Part shown: positions 25,682 to 42,465 of the stretch, in pieces
Numbering within the stretch: the first letter of the stretch is position 1
Layout: each line of letters opens with the position of its first letter
The notes under the pieces: model-generated
Database searches by the model: none
Told to the model about the DNA's origin: nothing
What the model saw: only the letters and a program-made list of their open reading frames with translations
Position numbers and translations under genes: made by a program
Assembly (NCBI GenBank): GCA_000004695.1
Contig: CM000151.3
Span: 7,584,001-7,648,000 of the forward strand
DNA: 64,000 nucleotides
Direction of reading: 5' to 3'
From: Dictyostelium discoideum
Lineage: Eukaryota

Positions 25682-26338
25682 TTAGGGTGATATTAAAACT
25701 GAACAATGTGAGGTACGGAGAACTTTTGAACTAACGGAACCAATTAATAATTTTTCTAAACTTGTACCAGTTGAACCTAATACAACACAATTTATTCCAT
25801 ATTTATTTGCAACATCTGTTATTGAGCCAGAGATATCATTTGAAGCAACCAATAGATAATGAATTTTACATTTATCATTTGATAAATTCTTATTGTTAAA
25901 ATAGTGAAATTCTTCTAATGCATTCACTTTTTTATGATTTGAATTTATAATTTGTTCATTCTTTGCTAATTTCTCTTCATCTGGGTCAACTAAATCGGGT
26001 ACACCAGAAAACATTTCAATTACCATCTTTGCAATCGTAGAACTATCAATCGGTTCATTATTTTCATTTGGATTTGGATGTGGTGGGTAAACCTATTATA
26101 ATCATTATTTATTTATTTTATTTTATTTTATTTTATTTTATTTTTAATAAATGAAAATATTAAATTATAAATATATTAATATAAAATAATTAATTAAATA
26201 TTTAAAAAAAAAAAAAAAAAGAAAGAAAATACATACAGAAACAAAATATAGTTCATCACCTTTATTTACAAATTTTAAAGTACTTTCAACAGCTTGTCTT
26301 GCTTTTTTTGACCCATCCAAACATAATAAATATTTCAT
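25682..26338 (-). CDS. universal stress protein (UspA-family) domain protein; 2 exons (26338..26237, 26092..25682), about 170 aa
   Basis: Exon 1 is MKYLLCLDGSKKARQAVESTLKFVNKGDELYFVS (donor GTATGT). Exon 2 (from acceptor tataatag) ends with the USP ATP-binding motif: HYLLVASNDISGSITDVANKYGINCVVLGSTGTSLEKLLIGSVSSKVLRTSHCSVLI. Confidence 0.75.
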
Positions 26339-27509
26339 TTTTTATTTTTTTTTTTATTTTTTTTTTTTAATTATTTTATTTTTAAATATTGGTTGGTTTT
26401 ATTTTATTTCTTTTTTTAAATAATTATTATTATTTTTATTATTATTATTATTAGTTGCTTTTTTAATTTATTTATTTATTTTTTATTTTTTTATGAAAAT
26501 TATTTTTTTTATTATAATTATATTGTTTATTAAAATAAATCCTTTTTTTCATGATTTTTTTTTTTTTCTTTTAAAAAACTTATTTATTCATCTTCAAAAG
26601 GTCCTTATTTTAATTTTTTTTTTTTTTTTTTTTTTTTTAATATTTTTTTTATTTTTTTTTTTTAATTTTTTTTTTAATTTTTTTTTTTTAATTTTTTTTT
26701 GTTTTTTTTTTTTTTTTCCAAATCTGGAATACCCTTTTGTATTTATGAAAGGGCAAATTAAAACGAAACACAAAGTTGAGAGGACATTTTTTTTTTTCGC
26801 TTTGATTGGATATCTTTAAATTTTAACCAAAAAAAACAAAAATAAAAAAAACTCCCCAAATTAATAATTTTATAACTAACAAAGTAATCAATCAAATAAA
26901 GAAAAATTAAAATGGTAATTATTTTTTTTTAATTTTTTTTTTCTTGTAAATTACTAAAATAAAGATTTTTATTTTTATTTTTATTTTTATCAATCAGTTA
27001 AATTTTATTTGTATCCATTGATCGGAATTAAAAACTAAATTAAGTTAAAAAAAAAAAAAAAAAAAACATTGGTTTTTCAAAAAAAAAAATAAATAAAAAG
27101 TAATAGATAGAATTGAAGAAGTTTTATACCATTATAATTTTTGTTATACTTGTTTTTTTTTTTTTTTTTTTTTTTTTTGCATACGTACACAAAATTAAAT
27201 ATTTCTTGTTTTTTATTTTTTTTTTATTTATTTTCGAACCAATCCGAAGGTTTCTCAAAATAATGCAACTTGGATAAGTCGATTAAAAAAAAAAAAAAAA
27301 AAAAATTCAAAAATAATAAAATTTTTTTTTTTTTTTTCAAAATTAAATTTTATTCAAATAAAATAAAATTATTTTTATTTTAATTTAATTTAATTAAATT
27401 AATTCTTTTTGAAACGATGGTGCTGTGGTTAGGTTATTCGACAACCATATTAATATAGTCAAAATTCTTGATTTTTTGATATTATTTTGATTTTTTTATT
27501 TTAATTTAT

Positions 27510-27543
<34 letters not shown>

Positions 27544-27679
27544 ATCTTTGCGAGGATAAGATTAAATTTTTTTTTTTTCATTTTCATTTAATTAATTCTC
27601 TACAAACAATAAAAATCAACTAAAAAAAAAAAAAAAATTTTTATCAATTATTTTTTTGTACATAAATAATCAAAACATA

Positions 27680-27717
<38 letters not shown>

Positions 27718-29725
27718 TACATTTATTACATTTAATATTAATAAAAAATTTATAAATATATAAATATATAAATATATTATTTTTTAATTATTAAATAACC
27801 TTTTTTTTTTAAAATTTGTAAGTTTTAAATACTTTTATTCGAAATTATAATATGTTTTTTACAAAAAACACACCCACAACAATAGCAACAAATAAATTCT
27901 TTTTTTTTTTTTTTTATTTTCCAAATATTTTTTTTATAAATTTAATTTGACTGTTTTATTTTATTATTTTTTTGTTTCTTTAATAAAAATATTCAAATAA
28001 ATCAATACCCAATTACAAATCAATTTTTGATGTATTTTTTGATTTATTCTATTAATTGTTTAGAATTAAAAAAAAAAAAAAAAAAAAAAAAACAATAACT
28101 CCAATATATATTGTTTAAAATAAAAACAAAACAATAACAATATTATTATTATTATTTTCATACCCGAAAACCACCCATTTAAAACTCATTATTAGAATAT
28201 TTCCTTATTATTATTAAAAAAAAAAAAAAAAAAAACACCCCAAAATATAAATGGAATGATTGTTTTTGGAAGTGGGATAATAATAAAAAAAAATTTTATT
28301 TGTAAAATAAAATAAAAATCCCAAAAAAACTCAATTTGTGTGTATGTATGTGTGCTATTTCAAAAAAAAAAAAAAAAATTTATATTACCTTTTTATTTTA
28401 ATATTAAAAATTAAATAATTTTATTTAATTTTTTCACCTAATATGATCTAAAATGGATTTAAAATCGATATTTTCCATTAATGGATATCATTTATTATTG
28501 TATTAAATTAATTCTTAACAAGATTGACAATTATATCCATCTTTTTAATATTATCACACCACCACAACCACAACCACAACCACACACCATATTATCACAA
28601 GATTAAATACAAACAAATCATACACCAAACTTTAATTAATAAAAAACACACATATATAATAGTCATCGAACTATTTTAAATTGTTTTTGTTGTTTTTTTT
28701 TTTTTTTTTTTTTTTAATTCAAACAACACCTTATTTGGGCATATTTTAAATTTAATAAATTAAAATCTTTAAGTAAATCTTTTTTTAAAATTTACCCCAC
28801 CCCACACTTTTTTTAAAAACCACACACATCTTTTATTTTTACACGTCCATACAGAATTATTGTTTTTTTCATTGTGCAGTGTTATTTTTGTGTGGTCTGT
28901 GTGAGTGCGTGGGTAAAATGGGAATGTGCCTTTGTTTAGTGGATAAAATGGACAATGTGTGGATTTGTTTTTTTATTTTTTATTTTTTTTTTTTTTTCTT
29001 TTTATTATAAAAAATAATTAATAATAATTAATCAACGACAAAAATGTCTGATTATTATGTTGTGGTTTTTAAATTTTTGATGACTATTATGATGATGGGA
29101 ATATAATCATTAATATGGTGATGATGAATACCACCATTGATTGAAAAAAATAAAATAAAATAAAAAAAATAAAAAAAAATAAAAAATAATAATAAAAATA
29201 ATTATTTGGATTAAAATAAAAAATTAAAATTTAAAAAATTATCATTTTAATTTTCTCACCACTACCAAAAAAAAAAAAAAATAAATATTTATTTATTATC
29301 AATTTATATCACATAAAAAAGAATTTTTTTTTTTTTTTTTCCAATATTTTCATATTTATTTCATTCCTTCACATTTTTTTTTTTTTTTACCTTAATAAAA
29401 AATAAAAAAAAAAAAATAAAAAAAAAAAAAAAATAATAATAAAACAATTTAATTAATATAGATAAAACAGTAAATATTATTTTATTATTTATATAAAAAA
29501 ATTTTGAAAAAATTTAAAAAAATAATAATAATAATAATAATAACAATAATTAAAATAAAATCATATTATTTTCATTTACACAGAGCATCAAATTTGTATT
29601 TTTAATTTTATTTATTTCCATTTTAATAAATTTTTTTTTTTTTCAAAAAATATTATGTTTTTTTTTTTATTTTTTTTAATTAATTAAAAAAATATATCAA
29701 AGTAATATCAAAAATATATTTAATT

Positions 29726-29763
<38 letters not shown>

Positions 29764-30123
29764 ATTAATTAATTAATTTTTTTTTTTTCAATTTTTTTTT
29801 CCAACACCACAATCACATATTTGTTTTTTTTTTTTTTTTTTTTTTTCATTATTCATCAATTTCAAAAAAATACAAAAGTAATAATAGTTTTTTTTATTAT
29901 TTAATTATCATATAATTTTTTATTTGATTAAAAAAAAAAAAAAAATTAAAAAAAAAATTAAAAAAAACGAACGATCATAATAAATCAATTATTGGAATTG
30001 TTTATTTTTTTTTTTTCAATAATAAACAATAATCACTATCACAAAAAATATAAAAAAAATAAAAAAAAATAAAAAAAAACACTGCTCACACACTCACACT
30101 CGTGTTCATTATATCATTTTTTC

Positions 30124-30124
<1 letters not shown>

Positions 30125-30214
<90 letters not shown>
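30125..30214. repeat. A90 homopolymer
   Basis: 90 consecutive A residues between ttcc and gcgtttggccagc. Confidence 0.95.
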
Positions 30215-30215
<1 letters not shown>

Positions 30216-31233
30216 CGTTTGGCCAGCAGTTCAAAATTATATTAACCAAAAAAATTTCTTATATTTAGGTATTTTTCACATAATTTTATAAAATATATAT
30301 TACAACGAGTCGATATTTTTTAATTATTATTTTTATTATCAAATTATAGATTTTCCACCCTTATTTTTTTTTTTTTTTTTAAATTAATAACAACAATCAA
30401 AACACTAATTATAGTTCAACACACATACACACACACACCCATAAATAAATATATATATAAATTATTCAAAAAACAACAATAGCAATATTATTATACACTT
30501 TTTTTCTTTAATAATTTTATTTTTTCAATTTTTTTTTTTTTTTTTTTATAAATAATATTAAATAAATATATCACACCCACCACTGTATACATTTCAACAA
30601 CAATAATTATAAATAACAACATTGCAATAACAATAATATTTATTGAACCCACTCAATAATACTATCATAACTACTACATTTTTAATCATTTCAATAAAAA
30701 GAGAAAAAAGAAAAAAGTAAACAAATTATATAAATATACACTCACTCATTAAAAAATAAAAATAAAAAAAAAATAAATAAAAATATTTTCAACACATATA
30801 CACACACACGCACACACATACATAGATAAAAATTATTTATTTGTAATAAACACACTCAAATATACCACACCCAAATATATCAATTAACACTTTAACACAC
30901 TAGCACACAGTTCAATCTTTGCTAGCAACATACAAAAAACATACCCAAAAACTAAAAAAAGAATAATCTTTTTAAATAATTTGTATTTGTGAGTGAAAAC
31001 ATTTCAAAAAATCATATACTCACACTTAACCCAATAAGATCAAGAATTAATCGATATAGTGTGGTGATACTATATTCAAAAAAAAAAAAAAAAAAAACAC
31101 TCTCTCTAATAAAAATAATAATAATAATATTATTATTATTAAATTTAACATACCCCACAAATACACACAACACTACCCACTCACAAACACCCACTAAAAA
31201 AAAATTTACATTGTTTTTACTATATAATACAAA

Positions 31234-31284
31234 ATGATGGGGGAATTTCATACACAATTTCAACAAATAAAACAAAATAATATA

Positions 31285-31315
<31 letters not shown>

Positions 31316-31507
31316 GTAATAATAATAATAATTTTGATCCAATAACATCACTAACAAATAATAATAATAATAAAATTATTTCACCATTAAATTCAAATCG
31401 TCAACAACCAAATTCAAATACAAATAATAATAGTAATAATAAAAATAATAATAAATCAAATCTTTTAGATATTATATTAGACAATAATAATTTAGAAAAT
31501 AATATTG

Positions 31508-31570
<63 letters not shown>

Positions 31571-31607
31571 GTAAATCAATAATTAATTTAATAGATAATA
31601 ATAATAA

Positions 31608-31648
<41 letters not shown>

Positions 31649-33080
31649 TTTTAAAAATACCCATTGATTATACTCCTGTCGATAAAAATACAGAGTCCAT
31701 TTTTAAAGGTTTTTCGCCATTTAGTTTTAAACAACAACAACCAATAGACACATCAGATCAACAACAAAAAGAAACTAAAAAACTTCAATTAAATATAAAT
31801 AGTAATAACAAAAATAATAATAATATTATTAATAATAGTAATAATAATAATAACATTAATAATATCGAAAGTAATAACAATAATTTAAATTCAGCATCTA
31901 CATCACCAATACCAACACCAACATCATTAACAGCAGTTAGTGTTCCATCAAGTTCTCCATTACCATCGCCTACTTCACCAAATACTATTTTACAATCGCC
32001 AACAACTACAACAACTACAACTACAACAACCTCAAATTCATCCGTTTCTCCTCAACCAACTCAAATAAATAAAACTGATAAATATTTACTTCCAATGAGT
32101 GCACCAAGAAGTTGTGAATTTTGTGGCTCATCACAAACCCCAACATGGAGAAGAGGTCCATCTGGCAAAGGTTCATTATGTAATGCCTGTGGTATTAAAT
32201 GGAGATTAAAAGGTAAAGACGGTATTTTCAAGCCATCACAAAAACAACAAAATCGTCAAAAACCAATTATGTCTGCTCAAAAACAACCAAAACAACAACA
32301 AAACCAACCACAACAACAACAACCACAACAACCACAACAACCTCAACAACCTCAACAACAAAATCAACAACAAAATCAACAACAATCTATTCAATCACAA
32401 CCACAACAGAGACAAAATAACCATTTAATTTTAAATCAACAAACAATTAACCAACATCTTCAAATGTTAAGTAAACAACATCAACAACAAGCTTCCCAAT
32501 CAATGTTCCAACAACAACAACTTCATAATAACCAACATAGTAATGATAGTAATTATAATTCTTATAACAATAACAATAATAATAACAATAACAATTACTC
32601 ACAACATGAACAATTACCACCAATTTCTTCTTATAATTCAATGAATAATAATAATAATAGTAATAATAGTAATAATAACAATAACAATAATAATTATTCA
32701 CAAATTCCACAATATGGTAGTGATGATAATGTATCAGTTCCAAATCAATCACCAGATTCTTATAAGCCATCTAAAAAAAGAAAGCCAGAATTTATCCATA
32801 CCGACACCTCTGGCAATCCAATTGAATTTGAAAAAGGATACTATTGTAAATATTGTAAAAAAACTTGGCCTCAATCATCATTTAGAAATAGTCAACAATT
32901 TGGTGCTCATTGTAGTAATTGCTCCAGAAAACCAAAAGGTGAACTTGAAGAATTAATCTCAATTAAAAAGAAACTCTCTAAAAAGAAATCAAAAGAAGGA
33001 AACTATTATCAAGAAGAAGATGGGGCTGTACCATATTGGGATATGAATAGATATAATAATAATAATAATAATAATAATGG

Positions 33081-33127
<47 letters not shown>

Positions 33128-33933
33128 GTAATAATAATGGTTCTTATAACAATAATAATAGTAATAATAACAATAACAATAATAGAATTGAACCTATTGT
33201 AAATAACAACATTAATAATTTTAATAGCATTAATAATAATAATAGTAATAATAATAATAATAATAATTCGACCTCTCAAAATGCTCCATTACTTCAAAGA
33301 TTAATTCATGTTGTTGAAAATCAATTATTAGAACCAAATGAATTAAGTTCAATAAGAGAAGATATTGATGTAAGTTTTTTTTTTTTTTTTTTATAATTCT
33401 ATTAAATAATTTTTTAATACTAATTTTTTATTTATTATTATTACTACTAGATAATGAAAAATGATTTAATTTTAAGAAAGAAAAAGAGAATTGCACAATT
33501 AAATGATTTAAAACAAAAAGCAAATAATGATGTTCAAATTTTGAAAGCAAATATTGAAAAAGGATCCAATCAACGTTCTAATGAGTCCAAGTCTTTCATC
33601 ACCGACTTAAAACAAGAAATCGATAAGAGACTCAATCAATACACCCATATATATATCCCACCTGACCATCACTTGGTACCATCTTCAACAAACTATCTAA
33701 GTATTGATAGTTTACAAAATTCTTCCTCTTCAAATAATTATGGAACCATCCATAATAGCAACAACAATAACAATAACAATAATAACAATAACAAAAGATC
33801 ACTTGTTAATTTATCCCCTGAACTTATTCATTCTCCATTAAAGAAACCAATGGTTGGTGGTTATCGTGATGAACAAGGAATGAAACATTTTTCAATTGAT
33901 GGTGATAATTTATCTTTACCATCAATTTCATAA
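31234..33933 (+). CDS. GATA-type zinc-finger transcription factor with very long poly-Asn/poly-Gln regions; 2 exons (31234..33369, 33451..33933), about 873 aa
   Basis: Canonical GATA finger [35 protein letters not shown] (C-x2-C-x17-C-x2-C plus basic tail). A second Cys cluster is [31 protein letters not shown]. The intron is GTAAGT at 33370 ... ctag at 33447-33450, in phase 0. The 3' exon is ORF 33454-33933. Upstream at about 30400-31230 is an A/C-rich, T-poor stretch typical of a Dictyostelium 5' UTR. Confidence 0.8.
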
Positions 33934-34013
33934 TAAAATTTTAATAAATAAATAAAAAATTCATTTATATACATATAAAAATATATTTCTAAAAATAAAA
34001 CAAAACTAAAATT

Positions 34014-34059
<46 letters not shown>

Positions 34060-34078
34060 CTATACAATTTTTATTATT

Positions 34079-34510
34079 TTATTTTTTAAACTTTATTAAT
34101 TCTATATCTAAATGTGGAATTTCTATAATTTCAAATGCATTTTCAATGTTGTTATCATTATTATCGTTACTATTTTTTAAAACCATTGAAATGTCGGAAC
34201 TATTTAAATAATTACAACTGTTATTATTTTTACTGTTTGTTGTAATTATAGTTGAAGGTGATTGAGGAATTTTAATATCATTTATATTATATTTTTCTTT
34301 ATTTGATTTATTTTTTTGAATAATTGAACTAATCCTCTTTCTAAATAGAATACCTAAACATATAATTGTGAAAAAGATAGTTCCTGCTATTATTGGTACT
34401 GCAATTACAATTATATCTTTACTTGATTTATTTACGACTCTTCCAGAATAATATGCCACTAATTCAGCTTTACTATCAGTCATTAAACTAATTGTTGAAT
34501 TCGAATCCAT
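34079..34510 (-). CDS. small single-pass membrane protein (143 aa), hypothetical
   Basis: ORF with one clear TM helix (IIVIAVPIIAGTIFFTIICLGILF) followed by a basic RKR stop-transfer. The rest is N/S-rich. No recognisable homology. Confidence 0.4.
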   Translation of the reverse strand: MDSNSTISLMTDSKAELVAYYSGRVVNKSSKDIIVIAVPIIAGTIFFTIICLGILFRKRISSIIQKNKSNKEKYNINDIKIPQSPSTIITTNSKNNNSCNYLNSSDISMVLKNSNDNNDNNIENAFEIIEIPHLDIELIKFKK

Positions 34511-34747
34511 TAATTTATATTTTTAGCTATATCCAACTGTTAAATATATATTGAATTATTATAAATAGAAAAATAAAATTATTTTACATATAAATAAAAA
34601 AAAATAAAAAATAACACACTTTTTTTTTATTTTATTTTATTTTTAATTTTATTTAATTTTAATTTAATTTTTATTTATTGTATATTTATTGTATTATTTA
34701 TTATTATTATTATTATTATAACAAAAATTGATTTTTTTTTTTTTTTT

Positions 34748-36976
34748 TTATAACCAATTTAAATCAAATTTATAATCATTATGATTTAATAATTCTTTTA
34801 ATAAATGATCAGATAATGTTTTATCATTTTTAATATTATTATTTAATAAATTTAAATGATGACCATTATAATAATATTTAATGATATGAATTTTTTGATC
34901 TTTAATTGCTTTTGTAATTGCAGATTTTGTAATTTTAAATTGAATTGGATGATAATAATGACAAAGTAAAAGGTCACACAATTTAATATCACCAACAATG
35001 AAAGCACTAAGAAACAAATTATCATCGGAATCCAAGTATTCAGCTTCTCCAGTTAATTTTTCTTTTTCTCTTTTTTTATCCAATTCTATTTTAAAATCAT
35101 CATAAATTGATTTTAAAAGTGATTGAGTTTCAGGTTGAATTAGAATTGCTCTACATTGTTTTTCTTTTTGGAAAGAAGTTTCAAAGTTAATATCATCGGC
35201 ATCCATATCATCATCAACATTTGATGCACCATAAGTATCTCTTTGAATTCTAAGTAATTTGATTAAAGCATCCTTACGAGTTTCAATATTCATAAATTTT
35301 TCATAATGATTTGAATTCTTTCTCTTTGATAAGAAATCGATTAAAACACTGAGGAATGCAATTGGAAAAGTTGTATCATTGAAAACATTTAAGTCATACT
35401 TGAATTTATTTGGGTATCTAACTTTATCAAAGTGATTGTTTAATATGAAGACAGCCTCTTGATAAAAACTATAATGAGTATCCAAAGCAAAACGTGGGAA
35501 TGAAAAGAATTGAATATCAAAATTTGCTAAAAGAAATGTTGAAATATCAAATCTGCTCCAATGTAATGATTTTGAGAATAAAGTATCTTCAAATTGAATG
35601 ACATGAAAATTATATTCTAAAAACTTTTGAATAAGTTCTAAATCTGTAATGACCATGAATATTAAATCCAATACCTTTTCAGAGTAATCAAATGAATTTA
35701 TGATTGTTAATGGTTTGAATATACAATGGTCATATTGTATTGTATTTCTTTCACAAAATGGTAGGTATGGTTTTGGAAATTCTCTACCACCACTAAATAA
35801 TTGACTTGTTGGTAATATCGTTGTCATTGGTGAATTATAGGAATACTCTTGAATTGGGAATGGATCATTTGATTTCAATACATAATCCTCAGATGTTGTA
35901 TCCTTTAAATGAGATTGAATTATATCTAAATGTTTAAAGAAAAGATCCACTCTTCTAATATCTAAACAAAATGATAAATCTGCATTCTTTGAAAGTTGAT
36001 AAAAATTATGAACTATATTCTCCTTGAAACAAATATCATTTGATAATTGATCGAAAAGATTTTGAAGAATTTCATCAAATGATGCTGCTGTTGATGATGC
36101 TCCTCCACTACTACTACTTTCGCCACCCAATACATAATCAAATGTAAACATTTCATACTTTAAATGATCTCTAATATCAAAACATCTTTCAGTGAAATAT
36201 TCTCTTGTACTATTATAACGAGAATCCATTGTTACATCAAAGAATGTTTCAATACCTGGTCTTGATAAAATGTACTTTATAAATTTGGCTGATCTAATCT
36301 TTAGATAATAGAAAGCATGAAACAATGAATGTTTGATTGGTATTGAATTTAAACAAAGGAATTGATGAGCCATCCTAACTTGTTCAATTGTTATATATTT
36401 TGTTTGAATTATCATTTCAAAGAAATAATTTAAAATTACTATACATGATTCTGGTAATGATTTTATAGTACCACTGCTACCACCACTACCACTACCACCT
36501 TCTTTCTGATGATCATTATTTACCGTACATCTCCATTTATTTACAATTGTTTTAAATATTGACATTACGAAATCAAATACCAATATTTCATCATGATTAT
36601 GATAAAGATTCAAAGAACTATTGAATAAATTTCTTTCAACTGATTGAATTCTTGTGAAATCTTGTTCTTCAAATTCTATTGCCTCTAAATTATTAATTAA
36701 AAATTCTACCATCTTTAAATTTAATGTAATGATTGAAGCTGTTAACCAACTATTTAGATAAAATTTAAGTGGATTTAAATTTACAACCAAAGTACTACTA
36801 ATTTCTCTTGGTAAATGTTCAATAACTTTTTTTAAAAATGCATGCATGCCATGCTGAATGAATTTGAAATTTGTTTTATTAAGATATTCAATTAAAGCAA
36901 CTATTTTCTTTTCAAAAACATCTGAATCAAATTGATCATCAACAATATTTTGATTGGGTTGTTTTTGTTGTTGTTT

Positions 36977-37062
<86 letters not shown>

Positions 37063-39136
37063 GATCAATTTTAAAATCAAAACTACCATAACTATCAACA
37101 TTTATATTAATTGGTGATGATGGATTTTCAAGACAATTTTTTGTTAAAAAATCTTCAATCTCTTGAAGTCTTTCAACGTTACAAAACTCCATTTCTTTTA
37201 AATAAAATTTAACAAACCAATTTTTCTTACAAAAATAAGATAAACTCTTTTTATTATCTTCCATATCTAAATTTGTGAAAGCTTCAGTAATTGCATAATG
37301 CTTTAATTCAATTAAAGAGTATGAGACCATAGTGAATGATGTACAAACTGCTGTATTAATGACAATTGAATTTGTATTTTTAATCCAATCTATAATTGAT
37401 TTATGTGTGATATTAAAATTTTCCAATTGACCAGGAACACATTCTATCGCTTTAAATAATAATGGGCACCATCTATCATTGGAAGTTGATGATTTCATTT
37501 TCTTTAAATCCTCCAAGAAATACTTGTGTCTATTTGGCATTTTATGGGCTACAAACTCACCCATATACCTAAGGAGTGCTAAAAACTTTTTACAATCACT
37601 ATCGAGATTTGATGAATCGATTCTATCATATGGAAAGTCCCTATGAAATTCATCGATTGACTCTTCATAATGTAGAATATATTGTTTATAGAAAGTTTCT
37701 TGACGTGAATGAATTACAACTAACCTTCTTAACTCTTTTAATTTGGCAGATTGATCCAATTTTTCATTATTTATAATTTCATTATTAATCTTAATTTCTA
37801 ATGTTTCATAAAGTTTTGAATAAAAGTAATAATCTTTTTTGAATAGTGATAAATAAATTCTAAGGTAAACTAATAATTGGTTTAATGAGAATTCAAATTT
37901 GAATAAATCCATTTGGTAATGCTGACGGGCAATTGGTTTCACTACTTTTAAATCCATTAATTTACTCATTGTATCGATTGAGGTAATTGTTAAAAACTTT
38001 TCAAATTTTATATATGGATATTCTGTAACTCTTTCTCTTTCAATCTCTGATAATGTTTCATGATTTCCAAAATAATCATCATAATAACTATCCAATATAT
38101 CTCTATTATCTTCTTCATAATCGTCACCAAAAATATAATCATCATCATCATCATCATCATTATCATTTTCATTATCATCATTACCATAATTATGATAATC
38201 ACTATTTGAATCTGGTTTAATCTTTTTATTTTGATTTTTTGATAATTGATCAATTTGCTTTTGATGTTGTGGTGATGATGATGTTGGTGGTGGTGGTGGT
38301 GGTGTTGGTGTTGGTGTTGGTGGTGGTAATTTATAAAGTGATTCATCTAATATTAAATTAATCATTTCATTTTGATAATGAGTATTAATTGATGCTAAAA
38401 AAAATGCTTTCTTTTTTATATCCTCAGTTAATAATTGTTTATTATTATATGTTAATAATTGTTTTACTATTGAACAATCACAATTTTCAATTGCCCATTC
38501 TAAAGTTGATGGATAAACAATGGTTGAATATTGTTCACAAAGTAGTAATGAAAGAGTATCTAAACAATTGGTTTTAACGGCCAATTGTGTTAGATCACAA
38601 ATTTCAAATTCCAATCTTCTCTTCTCTAACAATAATTTGATAATATATTTTAATGTTTCAATCTCTTTTTCATTTTCAATCTCTTTTTCAATCTCTTTTC
38701 TTTTCTCTTCTTTTTCTTTTTCTTTTACTGCTTTAAGTGTTAATGTTTTGGTAGTTGAATTGGATGATGGTGTTGTTGTAAGTGGTGGTGGTGGTGGTGG
38801 TTGTTTTTTTAATTTTGGAATCGCTGAAAATAAAACTTTGATCGATATTGTATCAAATAAAATAAAATCACCAAATTTAATTTTATTAATTAATAATGGA
38901 TATTGTTTCTTTAAAATCATCCAATCCAATGAATAAACATCTTTAAATTTCCAACGATTTTGAACATTTATCTTTTTATAGGCATCGTAAACTACCCATT
39001 CTGTTGTATGAATATGATGAAATATTAATTTCAATAAATAAACGTTACCAAAAACTTTCCAAAATAATACTTCTTCACTTGAACTTTTATTTAATCTTTC
39101 ACAATTATAATTATTTATCATTTTTAAACTTAACAT
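34748..39136 (-). CDS. large orphan protein (1462 aa) with poly-Q (about 36), poly-P and acidic tracts; function unknown
   Basis: Uninterrupted 4.4-kb ORF. The (CAA)n tract at 36975-37059 (+ strand TTG repeats) encodes Q36. Also present: PPPPPPPLTTTP and PPTPTPTPPPPPPTSSSP stretches and a DDDDDDD tract. Some helix-turn repeats look ankyrin-like but I cannot assign a family. Confidence 0.6.
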
Positions 39137-39163
39137 TTTTAAATGTTTAGTTTTTATTATTAT

Positions 39164-39215
<52 letters not shown>

Positions 39216-39882
39216 TATTTTTTTTTTTATTTATTATTTTTTTTTTTTTATTTTTTATTTTTTTTAATTTTTTTAATTTTTTTAATTTTTTTAATTTTAT
39301 TATTTATTTATTTATTTATTTTTTAACTATTACACAATAGAAAAAAAAAAAAAAAAATAAAAAATAAAATAAAAAAAGAAATTAAAAAGAAATTAAAAAT
39401 TAAAAAAATAAAAAAAATAAAAAAAATAAAAGAAAATTTAAAAAAAAAATTAATTTTTTGATTTTTTTCTCATTAAAAAAAAGTTTCCAAATTTTTAAAG
39501 GAAAACCAAAAAATCTAGATTTTGTGGGACTTAAAAATAATTGAATCGATTATTGGTTATTTATTTTTAGGTTAATCAAATTTACATTTTTATTCCTAAA
39601 ATAAAGTTTTTTTTTTTTTTTTATTATTTTTTTTTTTAAAAAAATTTGTGAAAATAATAAAAAAAAAAACATATTTTGTTGATGATTATGTGTTAAATAA
39701 GATTGATTTTTTTTTATTTTTTTATGATAAATAATTAAATTCTAAAGATTAAAAAAAAAAAATCATTTTTTTATAAATAAAATTAAATCATTATTTAATC
39801 GAATATGAAATCAATAAATTATTTTAATTAACAAAAAAAGGTATGGTTTTTTATTATTATTATTTTATTATTTGTAATTTTA

Positions 39883-42465
<2,583 letters not shown>

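Noticed and set aside
26493-26819. 108-aa ORF (poly-Phe)
   Set aside because: T-homopolymer translation immediately upstream of the USP gene start, not coding-like.
31012-33279. Several minus-strand poly-Leu, poly-Ile and poly-Tyr ORFs within the GATA gene (31012-31275, 31401-31664, 32447-32770, 32989-33279)
   Set aside because: Antisense reading of (AAT)n/(CAA)n coding repeats.
36901-37117. ORFs 36901-37101 (-) and 36932-37117 (+) encoding poly-Asn/poly-Leu
   Set aside because: Alternative-frame and antisense readings of the (CAA)n tract that encodes poly-Gln in the 1462-aa protein.
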